DNA of 63,961 nucleotides, filler included, from Octopus bimaculoides (Eukaryota): NCBI RefSeq assembly GCF_001194135.2. It is 4 parts of 4 records of this genome, joined end to end, with 100 filler letters (N's around TTAATTAATTAA, not from the genome) between each part and the next. Parts side by side here need not be neighbours in the genome. Positions count along the whole stretch, not along the records: positions 1 to 28,458 come from NC_069008.1; 3 more parts are not named here. One strand, 5' to 3'. Below, piece after piece: positions 9,832-20,651 of this stretch (positions are counted from its first letter, which is position 1; each line of letters begins with the position of its first letter). The notes beneath the pieces are model-generated. The model saw only the letters and a list, made by a program, of their open reading frames with translations. It ran no database searches and was not told the origin of the DNA. A program made the position numbers and the translations under genes.

Positions 9832-12210
9832 ATCATCATCATCATCGTTTAGCGTCCGTTTTCCATGCTGGCATGGGTTGAACAGTTTGACTGGGGTCTG
9901 GGAAGCCAAGAGGCTGCACCAGGCTCCAATCCGATCTGGCAAAGTTTCTACAGCTGGATGCCCTTCCTAATGCCAACCTCTCAGAGAGTGTAGTGGGTGC
10001 TTTTTATGAGCTACCGGCACAGGGGCCAGAGGGGGATGGCGTCGACCATGTTTGGATGGTGCTTTTATATGAAACCAGCATGGGAGCCAGAGGGGGTTGG
10101 CATCAACCACATTTAGATGGTGCTTTTACGTGCCACCAGCACGGGAGCCAGTNNNNNNNNNNNNNNNNNNNNNNNNNNNNNNNNNNNNNNNNNNNNNNNN
10201 NNNNNNNNNNNNNNNNNNNNNNNNNNNNNNNNNNNNNNNNNNNNNNNNNNNNNNNNNNNNNNNNNNNNNNNNNNNNNNNNNNNNNNNNNNNNNNNNNNNN
10301 NNNNNNNNNNNNNNNNNNNNNNNNNNNNNNNNNNNNNNNNNNNNNNNNNNNNNNNNNNNNNNNNNNNNNNNNNNNNNNNNNNNNNNNNNNNNNNNNNNNN
10401 NNNNNNNNNNNAAAGGTACTTTTTGAGTGGGCTGGTTATGTGACACTGGCGTAGGCTACAGCTGTGAACTCCCTTTATTTGCTGGGTCTTCTCAGTCACA
10501 GCATATCTCCAGAGGTCTCGGTCTTTTGTCATTGCCTCTGTGAGGACCAACGTTCGAAGGTCATACTTCCCCACCTCATCTCATGTCTTCCTGGGTCTAC
10601 CTCTACTCCGGATTCTTTCCACTGTTTGGGAGTAGCACTTCTTCACACATATAGGATCATATCAATGCAAACATCTCTCTGATGCTTCTTATGTCCCACA
10701 TTTCTCTCAGGATGCTTACACTCTGTCGTGTGCGCACACTGACTTTACACATCCAACAGATCATGGTAGCTTTATTTTTTTCAAGCCTACGCATATCTTC
10801 AGCAGTCATGGCCCATGTTTCACTGCCATGTAGCATGGCAGTTCACACACATGTATCATACAATCTACCTTTCACTCTGAGCGAGAGGCCCTTTGTCACC
10901 AGCAAGAGTAGAAGCTTTCTGAACTAGGCCCAGGCTATTCTTATTCTAGTGGCAATGCTCTCTGAGCATCCACCACCACTACAGACTTGGTCGCCTAGGT
11001 AGCAGAAGCTATCAACTACTTCTAGTTTCTCCCCCTGGCATGTGATGGAATCGGGTTCCTGAGCATCTGTGGTGTTTATTGCCCCAGTGCATCCGCCGCA
11101 CATGAAAGCTATCTTCCCAGTTAATCTTCCTTTGATGCTGCTGCACCTCATATGTGTCCATAGCTTACACTGGGTACATCTTATGGAGTTTCTGCCTACA
11201 CCTTTTCTACAGATTGAGCAGGACCATCTACCTGAAGGGGTGTGTGATGTGTTTGCCTTCCTACTTACTAAGACTTTGGCTTTTGCAACATTGACTCTAA
11301 GGCCCTTCGATTCTAAACCTTGCTTCCACACCTGAAATTTCTTCTCTAGTTCTGGTAGCGATTCTGTTATGAGGGCCAGGTCATCAGCATACAGGAGCTA
11401 CCAGGGGCAACCTGTATTGAATTCCTCTGTTATTGCCTGAAACACTATGATGAATAAGAGGAGGATGAGGGCTGATCCTTGTTGGACCCCTACTTGTACC
11501 TGGAATTTTTCACTATACTCATTGCCAATCCTAACCTTACTAACAGCCTCTCTGTATAGGGCCTGTACAGCCCTTGTTAACCATTCATCAATCCCTAGTT
11601 TCCGCATCACCCACCAGATAAGGGATCGAGAGACCCTGTCAAAAGCTTTCTCCAAGTCCACAAAAGCCAAGAATAGGGGTCAACATTTAGCAGGCTCTCC
11701 TCCTCCCATTCATTCTCCACATTCAGCAGCTTTTCATAATGGCTTCTTCAAACCTCTTTCTTTTCAGAATCATTAAATGCAAGTGAGCCATAATCCATGT
11801 GGACACATTTCTCTCCTGTGACATCACTATTTTCTCTCACATATTGTCTTGCAATCTGAAATACTTCAGTTCGTTGGTCCTCATGTCACTGGACATTGGC
11901 AAACCTCTTCTTATCTACGTCTCCCTCGGCTATGTATACTTGTTGTTCAGCCTCCCTCCTCACTATCTGTTACAGTTCCCTGCTACCCCCACACTTCCAG
12001 GCCTTTTTCTTTGCTTTAATGGCTTTGTCTACAGTATTATTCTACCACCACGTTACTCTAGGTCTGGAAGGGACTTTGCACCATCCACAGACTTGGTCTG
12101 TGGCACTTAGTAAGCTGTCCCAGAGGAATTTCCAGCTACCTTCTATGTCTGAAGTCTGTAGCTCCTCCTCCCTCTCATTAAACTTCTTGATGAGGATGTC
12201 CCTAAATTTC
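9832..12210 (-). mobile_element. RTE-clade LINE, 5'-truncated and internally deleted, PHD-like insert in RT
   Basis: AFVDLEKAFDRV, VGVQQGS, LLYADD and FCYLGD motifs with stops; 3' UTR with about 62-bp repeats; (CAT)n tail on + at 9832. Confidence 0.95.
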
Positions 12211-12689
12211 TGACCATATGAAGGGTTCTTATCGATAATATATGCTGATAAATGTACACTGTTGAGTAATTTGGTATTCTTCTGCAAACTTTGGAAACTG
12301 GACTTTGCTTTTTCAGTCAGTGATATCATCACAAAGAATATTTGAATAATATACATTTTTCAATGAATAATTTAAAAATAAAATCTTGAATAATTTCTCA
12401 TTATTTTTAACTTAAAAAAGGAAATATAAGAATTTTAAAAAATGAAATAAGAAATTACTCTTGTTTTAATTAATTAATTTTTGTTAATCGTTATTATTGT
12501 TCAATTTAGAATTTATGTGGGTAGCAGGTTACTACCTGTAACCTTAGATATCCACATAATTTCAATAAGCCATCAAGGGTTCAAAATCCTTCTGATGATC
12601 CTATCTATTCCCAAGAAGTAAACCATTCCAGTCCCCTTTATCCATTTGTCTCTTCCATCACTCACAGTCTCTAATTCTTCTTCTCATTA

Positions 12690-14735
12690 TTCTTTTTCTC
12701 TCCTGCAGCCTTGCATGCATAATGGGCTCCCTACCTGCAGCCTAGGGTACAATGCTATCCATTCCTTTCAACTATCTAATACTTTCCTGATTATTCCGAC
12801 CATTCAAAAGAGGTAAAACTTTTGTAACAATTCTAGTGGGCACCCTTCTCTGATTTCCTTTATATTCCTCTTGATGCTTTCTCATATTGTCCTCAAGGAC
12901 CAAATAATAATTGACCCTATCTTCACCTTCATTTTCTGTAGCTGAGCTGTTTCCTACTTCAGACTATTCATGGGTCAAAGAGGGCCTGCAACATCAACTC
13001 TATAGCACGTGTGGTGCATCTTGTCCACCACCACCAGATCCAGTCTGTTATGCTCTGGTGCCTGATCTGTTTGGATTGGGAAATGCTAGAGGATTTTACA
13101 AGTCTCCAACTCTGTCACTCTCTATGGTTTGTGCTCACACCACATTTTGCCTCTCTCTAGACTCATCATGTTACCACAACTTGTAATGGTTTTGGGTAAG
13201 TTAGGGCATTTGTTCATGATATGGGTAATGGTTTCATCCACTCTCTTACAGATGTGGTGCAGTGGAGACACTTGCTCATTCCTAAGGTCGATGATTTAAT
13301 TTGTGACCAAAGCTTGGTCTTGTGCTGCCAGTATAGTGCTCTCAGTCTCTTTTTCCAATGTTCCTTCCTTCAGCCAATCCCACCTATGTTTTCCAGCAAC
13401 TTCACTTGAGGCTACATGGAATTGATTGTGGAGTCCCTTGCTGCACAATGCTTCTTCATATCCTTTTTGTACTTCTTGCCTTGTTTCTCACTTTTTCTTT
13501 GCTTTCAATACTCCTTTATTCCTAATTAACTTTAGCAAGGTTTTCTTACATTGGGATAAGTATCTCAGTAAGCTCCCTAGTTCCTACATACATCACTCCC
13601 CTTCCTCCATTTGCTCTCTTCATGTGTGGGCAATCAATGTCTGCATGTGGATGATGGGCTCCATGCATCATAGGGAGCTTCTTTTGTCTTCCTGTTCAAC
13701 TCCTTTAACTCTTTCTCTGTCCACTTCAGAATTCCACCCCCACACTGAACTACTGCAGCTGTGCATGAGTTAATTGCCGAAATTATGTTTCTGGCATTCA
13801 GCTTTGAATCCAATATTTTTCTCACTCATTGCAGCTTCTTGTTATCCAAGAGTGTTATCATATGCCTTCTGAAAATCAATCGATGCAATGCTCAGGTTTG
13901 TGTGTCTTCTCTTGCAGTTTCTCATAAACAGATTATCAATTAACAGCTGATATTTCATTCCCTGGCTCCTCTTTCGGCATCCTTTCTGTTCAATAGGTGG
14001 CATCCCACTTTTTCCTAAGTATCTATACACTTCACCAGCCAAAGCACCTGACAATAGTTTCCACATTAGTGGAATGCATGTTGTTGGTCAAAAGTTGGAT
14101 TTAGTATTACCCTTTTCAGGATCCTTGGCACATAACAATGTCTTTTCCTTTGTCATCCTGCTGGGTACAGCACCTTCCTGCGAGCACTCGTCTAGCTGTT
14201 GCACTATCCTTTCAGGGAACGCTCTCAGATTCTTCATTCAGTAACCTTGGATCCCATCCAGTCCTGGGCCCTTCCAAATCTGAGGTTTTCCTTAACTGCT
14301 TTTTTCATAATTTCTATAAATATTTTTATGTTTTCATGGCTTTCTACATTTCTTAACCGACCTTGGAATTCATGCAGCCACTCTCTTTCATCATTATGCT
14401 TTACAGGTTGGTCCAAGATTCCTCCCCAGAATACCTTGCTTTTGTCTGCATCTGGTATCATTGTTACATGTAATTGCCCAAGTAGTCCCTGAAACAGATT
14501 TTTCTGATTGGTTTCAAACAAGCTGTTCTGCCTGAATTGTTTTGTCTTACTGTCATATCTTTCCAGTTTTGCCTTGATTGCTGCTACTCTTTGTTTCAAT
14601 TCTTCCAATATCATACCCTTTATCTCTTATTCTATATGTTCTTTCCAGTCTTATTCTTATGCTTTCATCCTGCAATTCCCCTTATTTCAATCTATCAACT
14701 TGTCCTAAATGTTTTTTAACTTTGTTTCTCACAAA
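12690..14735 (-). mobile_element. R4/Dong-type non-LTR element B, decayed, RT core deleted
   Basis: EELKQRVAAIKAKLERY, EQKGCRKRSQGMKYQLLID, IDFQKAYD, KILDSKLNARN, and REL motif HNRLDLVVVDK...VDVAGP. Confidence 0.85.
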
Positions 14736-15125
14736 TTCAAGTAGCCCATCCCACTGAAAAGGTTCCTGAATAAAGGTTGTTTAAGGACATTGAACGAAAC
14801 ATCCATGTTTCCAAGGGTGAATTATTCAAACTCCAAAGAGTTCCTCTCAACACATGGCTATGATGCTCCCCATCTACTTCTGCTTGTGATCAGAGATGCA
14901 CATATCGTCAGCCACTAAGGGACATGCTCTACTGGTTATGGTCAAGCTATTGACAAGCAAATCAGGTATTGAGCAGAATATTTGCTGTAGCCCATTTTTG
15001 ATACCAAGACAAAACAATGTACATGATAACGCTTCCAATCAGTTAAGATCAAAACTCATGAGAACCACTGCCTGGAACTGCATCAGGGCAACAAGTGCCC
15101 TAAGATTGGTACTGCATCAGGGCTA
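14735..15125 (-). mobile_element. R4/Dong-associated 3' UTR repeat
   Basis: Matches 62265-62470 (+) and 1365-1543; lies between Dong elements A and B. Confidence 0.7.
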
Positions 15126-15199
15126 TCATTATTATCATTATTATTATTATCATCATCATCATCATCAATATTATTATTGTATTAAAACTCACAGCTTAT

Positions 15200-16185
15200 A
15201 TTCCTGGGTATGACAGAAAGTGTCAGTTGTCCACAGCCATCAGACTAAGGTGACACTTGTTTTATTGGTCATGCTTCAAGAACCATGTGAAGAATTCTTG
15301 CAGTTCCAAGCATGGCTGATTTTTGTAGGTGTTCTACCTTCACACTGGCACCAATCTTTTTCAGCCATGCTGGTGGTTGAGTGCTGATACTTCCAACTGC
15401 ACCAATTACTATTGGTATCAATTCTACTCTCTTCACTGACCACAACCTTCGTATTTCCCACTTTGAATCGTCACAGTTGTTTATCTTTTCTTCTTCTTTC
15501 ACATTGATCCTGTTGTCACCTGGGCATGCTATGTCGACTATCATACACATTCTTTCTTTTTCATTCACCACAACAAAGTCCAGTTTCCTATGTCTGATCA
15601 GGTGATCGTACAGGACCATTACATCCCACAGGATTTACAATTCTCATTTTCAGTGACTCCTTCTGGGGTTTTCTCATACCACATATTTGCTCTTTGTAGA
15701 CTGTGATTTCCACAGAGCTTCTAATGGATCGTTCTTGCCACATTGTCATGGCGTCTTTTGTATTTGCATTGTGCGAACTTCGGGCATTCGTGAATGATGT
15801 GCCATATCGTTTCATCCCTCTCACCACACATTCTGCATTTGTCGCTATCAGCAGTGTTGTCAATTCTGCACTTCATATAATTGGTCCTTAACACTTGTTC
15901 CTCAGCTGTGCATATGAGTGTTTCTACCTTCAGGTTACTCCTCCTCATCCATAGCCATTGGTCCTCTGCATCTGTCTTGGCGTTCACATCTCTTGCAAAC
16001 TGACCGTACATTTTCTCTTCCTTCCATGCTTTTTCTCTTTTTTTGTTCATTTCTTGTTTAAATTTTCCTTTAGTTACATAATTTTCAGTTTTGATGATGC
16101 CTGCCTTCTTGTTATGTTTCAACAGTGGCTCCATGGCATTTTTTATATACCACCCTAGGCTGTTTTCCTCCACTTCAATACGGTC
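15200..16185 (-). mobile_element. R4/Dong-type non-LTR element A, 3' portion (CCHC knuckle + restriction-like endonuclease)
   Basis: CRMCGERDETIWHIIHEC, YKRRHDNVA, RKLDFVVV...IVDIACPGD, and LGTARILHMVLEA* followed by an AAT/GAT tail. Confidence 0.92.
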
Positions 16186-16254
16186 CTGGCATCGGTTTTC
16201 AAGCGATGGTGAGGGAACGTATACAGACACACAAGCACACACACAGACATATAC

Positions 16255-16300
<46 letters not shown>

Positions 16301-16392
16301 GACACCATTACAATCTCCACTTCCTATATTTTCAAACAGAAAATGAAACCATTTCATAAAAGTTGTGAAATTGTTTCCACTACTGTATACAC

Positions 16393-16920
16393 CAATTGTT
16401 CTTAAACTGAGGCCCGTGGTACCCTAGGTTACCATGAAGCAATTTTAAGGGGACCATGAAGGGACACTGAAGTATCATGGAAATGGGCTGGCTTGAGAAA
16501 ATTTCAAGACTTTCAATTTTTCACTTGCTATCATCTTTTTTTGCCCTTGGTCTCAAAACTCCCACCACACCTATACACTCATTTGCTAGTGCGATTGGCC
16601 AATAGAAAATATGTGGGTAGAATGGTTCCTCGTGCATGTGCTGTTGGTATTTTCGTTTCTCATTTGTTTTGCAACCAATTGATCAACTGATTCCCCATAT
16701 TTCCAGGTGCTTTTAGTGTATCCCAATGGGGTATTGCCTGGTCTAAGTTGTGGTTTTAAGGTTTGCGGGTCTATGGGCAGTGCAGTTCATAGTGTGGAAA
16801 TTACAATACACAAATGTTGGTTATCCATGTTGGATCATCCTGTATTTTATAGGGGGCTAAACATTGGAAAAACTAAGGGGACTGGCACATAAATTTTTTC
16901 GAAAAGATTGAGAACCCCTA
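16393..16920. mobile_element. hAT MITE
   Basis: Perfect 8-bp TSD GTATACAC (16385-16392 and 16921-16928); TIRs CAATTGTTCTTAAAC / GATTGAGAACCCCTA. Confidence 0.85.
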
Positions 16921-17279
16921 GTATACACATATAGTGGGAGAAGGTGAATATATGAGTGTGTATGTATATATGTGTAAGCATTAGTGTATGATGTGGTACA
17001 TCCATGTATGTGAACACATAAACATATGTGTGCCAATGGGCGAATGTATGAATGTGTCTGTGTGAATATACATATATGTATGTATGTAATATGTATATAT
17101 GTGTACATGATGTATACACATCAGAAGTTCAAAAGTAGCTGGTTTAGACAGACAGAAAGATGGATTATCTATCTATCTATCTATCTATCCATTCATCAAT
17201 CCATCAATCTATATAGATACAAATGAATGTCTTAGGAATAGCGAAGAAAGTTAATCTTTGTAAAGCAATTCAAGGAGTT

Positions 17280-17567
17280 TTAGTTCCGCAGTCTCTCTCT
17301 GTCATCTTTCAAGTAAGTGGAGCTGTCCATCCCTGTAAAGTAATTCATGAAAGAGAGTCTAAAGCCTCCAGCATGATGGTTACCACAGTTGTCTTGGCAT
17401 ACTGAGTCACTATGGACAGCATTAGATTGCATGAAGTCACACTTTAAAACTACTAAGTATGGGCAGGGAACTTTGTGAGCATAAAGGATCTGTTTATATT
17501 GCCACTTGAGTGAGAACCACGTATTGTCAAGATCTGTAGACATGATGTGATCATAAGCATTAGTATC
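17280..17567 (-). CDS. Candidate terminal coding exon (unassigned protein)
   Basis: TACAG acceptor, then 95 open codons in non-repeat sequence (DTNAYDHIMSTDLDNTWFSLKWQYKQILYAH...RERLRN*). Confidence 0.45.
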   Translation of the reverse strand, partial: DTNAYDHIMSTDLDNTWFSLKWQYKQILYAHKVPCPYLVVLKCDFMQSNAVHSDSVCQDNCGNHHAGGFRLSFMNYFTGMDSSTYLKDDRERLRN

Positions 17568-17733
17568 CTGTACACACATGCACAAACCTCCCCACCACAC
17601 ACAAACACACACACACACACACACACACAAACAAACACATATATACACGCACTCTTGGATTTAGTAACAAAAGAAAATATTCTCAGTGTAGGCAGTGGTG
17701 TTTATTAATTTCTTCAATTCTCAGAAAGAGAGG

Positions 17734-17774
<41 letters not shown>

Positions 17775-17813
17775 TTACACACATACATACATAAATATAT
17801 ACATATATCCATC

Positions 17814-17849
<36 letters not shown>

Positions 17850-18055
17850 AACTTTGTAAAAGTCAAACAAAAAAATAGTGAAAATCGAGACCAGAAACAA
17901 CTTTGTTGAGATAAAATGTGAGTTATTAATTAAGCTTTCTCAAATCATTTTTATTAATTGTTTTTCCTCTTTTCCTTCTTATAATTTCGTAAATGCAGTT
18001 ATGTTTAATGCTAAAACACCTCACCACTTTTATTGCATGTTTACCATTCTCTCTT

Positions 18056-18091
<36 letters not shown>

Positions 18092-18116
18092 GTGTCAGGT
18101 CACTCTTGAGTGCTAC

Positions 18117-18221
18117 TGGTAACATGTAACCCAGTACACTCTCTTGCATGTTCAGGTCTTTACCAACTAAACTGGAAAACTCATGAAGTTTGCTTGGTGA
18201 GAAAGATAAGTGTTGCAGACC
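18117..18221 (-). CDS. Candidate internal coding exon
   Basis: Strong acceptor TTTATTTTCCATCCCACAG; GLQHLSFSPSKLHEFSSLVGKDLNMQESVLGYMLP; weak phase-0 donor GTAGCA, so the 3' boundary is uncertain. Confidence 0.4.
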
Positions 18222-18347
18222 CTGTGGGATGGAAAATAAACCTTTCAAAGTGTGCAGAGACTTATGAGTATTCAATGGCTATCCAACTATGTATATATTG
18301 TTCATATATGAAAATGATATAACAAGGGAAGAAACGATTATCTAATG

Positions 18348-18445
18348 ATCTTCATTAGCTTACAGCTGTTTCTGCTATAAGATGCAGTGGTGTCATAGTT
18401 GAATGCCTGAGTAACACCTTGTAGCTTCATCAGAGCCTCAAAGAT
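18348..18445 (-). ncRNA. Type-I minimal hammerhead ribozyme motif (Penelope-type)
   Basis: CUGAUGA (18433-18427); 11-bp helix II; GAAA (18372-18369); helix III AC/GU with palindromic AGCU loop; GUA cleavage triplet; bipartite helix I. Confidence 0.75.
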
Positions 18446-18655
18446 GAAGTGCAATTTATTTGGGTGAAAACCATGACATTTATGCATATACAGAGAAGAG
18501 CATTAACAATGAGAAACCATGTATGTGGGGAATGAAATCCAGGAGCACCCCCTCCCCTCCTGTAGTTAGAATAAGATTAATGTTAAAGTGTGTATAAGGA
18601 TAGGTATGCTCTGATGTAGAGAAACAGTACATTAGTCATCTCATTTTCTTATTAC

Positions 18656-18712
18656 TGCTCTGTACTCAACTTCGTTCTGAAGCATTGAATACTTGAGTTC
18701 TACATCAGGTTC
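18656..18712 (-). CDS. Candidate internal coding exon
   Basis: CCTTACTAG acceptor; EPDVELKYSMLQNEVEYRA; GTAATA donor; phase 0/0. Confidence 0.3.
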
Positions 18713-19175
18713 CTAGTAAGGCTATGCCTTAACAAAATATTGTTTATATATTTTATTTTATTTATATTTAATTTTTTTTTATATTATCATATATTTATAT
18801 GTATTTATATATATGTTTTTTTTTTAAATTTGTATATTTATATGTGTTTGTGTGTGTGCTGAGTCACCAACCCACCACTCATTGATGGATGAAATGGCTG
18901 TTGATCTCAGCCTTTACATACATACATGCATTCATGCATCTTGTTGCTATTATGCAAAAGTGTTGTAAGTCCTAAACATTGCTTTATCAGCAAACAAAAA
19001 AATAGTTTCACCATTCCATTTCTTTTTACATTAGCAACAGTTTCAGCTTAACAAATTTTGTTGGGTGCATAAAATTGTAATCTCTGCATGTATGACATTT
19101 TCAGTAAGAAATATTTTTGCAAAACTATCATATGTGGGACTTACTACATTTTTGAAAAATACTAAACTGTTATAT

Positions 19176-19596
19176 TATCAGGTTGAGTAAAAAGTAAGCA
19201 GCATTTTGAAGCATGAAGAATTTGTACCAGATTTTGGCAGAGTTTTGAATTTTTTTAAAAACATTTTTTGGCAGTTGTCTGATAATACAGACATAGATTT
19301 GCCCAAATGCATCAATAAATTAACATTGATATTTTTTTCACCATTGTTATAATCATCTGACATGGAACTGTCAAAGAGCGATATTCAAGCAGTTTTGCTA
19401 TTCAACTTCAAAAAAGGACGTAAAGCAGATGAAACTACTCGTGGTGTCAACGGAACATTTGGTGAGGAAATGACCAATGAGTGGTCAGCTCGAAGATGGT
19501 TTAAACGATTTTGCAGTGGAAACTTGAGCCTTGAAAATTGTGAGTGTTGTGGATGCCCATCTGTCATCGATGTCAGTCAATTAAAGAGTGTCGTTG
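19176..19596 (+). mobile_element. Mariner transposon 5' part (TIR + N-terminal HTH)
   Basis: TIR TATCAGGTTGAGTAAAAAG; MELSKSDIQAVLLFNFKKGRKADETTR...ARRWFKRFCSGNLSLE; truncated by an LTR element. Confidence 0.88.
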
Positions 19597-20235
19597 TTGT
19601 GGTGAAATCCTGACACCCCTGTGGGATAGCAAGTGAACTGTCCTAAACCGTACAGTGTAGTGTGTGCAGCTGCATTTGTGTGGACAGTCGTTGAAGTTGA
19701 GAAGAGATACCAGTTTGTTACTGATTTAGTTTTTGTAGTGCTGTAACACTGTTACAGTGTAGTCAACATCCAAACGCAATGATATAAGAGCGGGGACGAG
19801 ACATTCGAAGCTCACTGTTGATGTTCTTAGCATGGAAGACCTATTAGCTTCTGTGGTACAGTTGCAACGGAAACTGCAACAAGAACGACAGCAACAGCAA
19901 CAACAGGTACAGCAACAGCTAAATCAACAGTTGTGGAAATTAGGGTTGCAGTCCAAAAACACTTCAGGTTTGTTTTCAGCAGAGGGGTTGCTAATTCAAT
20001 TGAAGCATTTACTTATAATCCAGAAGAAGGGATTATGTTTTCTGCAAACTTCAGAAGGTATGAAGGAATCTTCAAAGAAGAATGTGGAAATTGGACAGAC
20101 AAGAAGGTACGACTTCTTTTAAGGAAATTATCACCCACAGAACATGGAAAGTATGGTGATTACATCCTATTAAGAAAACCATCCAAAATTTGTTTCGAGA
20201 AAACAACCTTTTATCCAAAATATTCAGCGAAAGAC
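19595..20235 (+). mobile_element. Gypsy (Mag-like) LTR retrotransposon 5' LTR + gag fragment
   Basis: TGT start and about 190-bp LTR-like segment; degenerate PBS-like GCGGGGACGAG; frameshifted gag with FTYNPEEGIMFSANFRRYEGIF...WTDKKVRLLLRKL...EHGKY. Confidence 0.8.
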
Positions 20236-20546
20236 CATGGGATTGCACCGTGAAAGTTACCCTCCGAAGCACAAGTCCGGGCAAGGTTGTTTATGGAAGA
20301 CCGGCAGTCGCCCATGCATACCAGCCTCCCCTCATCACGCCACCGATGTTATTCAAGGAAAAGGCAAAGGCCAATGCAGCTTGGCACCAGTGATGTCGCA
20401 ACTCATTTCTACAGCTGAGTGAACTGGAGCAATGTGAAATAAAGTGTCTTGCTCAAGAACACAACACACAGCCCAGTCCAGGAATCAAACTCACAACCTC
20501 ACGATAGTAATTTCGACACTCTAACCACTGAGCCATGCACCTTCAC
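20233..20546 (-). mobile_element. tRNA-derived CORE-type SINE
   Basis: Near-full copy similar to 1907-2205. Confidence 0.88.
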
Positions 20547-20604
20547 TGATATATATATATATATATATATACTACTGGTGAAAGCCTATTTATAGGGTTT
20601 TCCT

Positions 20605-20651
20605 GGAGTTTCTTGCCATAAAGATTATCTTTATGGCAGATCATCAGATCC
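20605..20651 (-). ncRNA. Truncated hammerhead-like motif
   Basis: CUGAUGA, perfect 11-bp helix II (UGCCAUAAAGA/UCUUUAUGGCA) and GAAAC; no cleavage-site or helix I partner strand found. Confidence 0.5.

Noticed and set aside
12660-12720. Strong + strand acceptor TTCTTTTTCTCTCCTGCAG
   Set aside because: It is the antisense of the purine-rich end of Dong element B, and no open exon follows.
14895-14915. CUGACGA in the Dong 3' UTR (also 62341) as a hammerhead core
   Set aside because: No helix II followed by GAAA.
17236-18196. Alternative + strand exons 17236-17312 (GTAAGT donor) and 18156-18196 (GTGAGA donor)
   Set aside because: Their phases do not match each other (0 vs 1), and they overlap longer open frames on the minus strand. 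Set aside but not excluded; stranded RNA-seq would decide.
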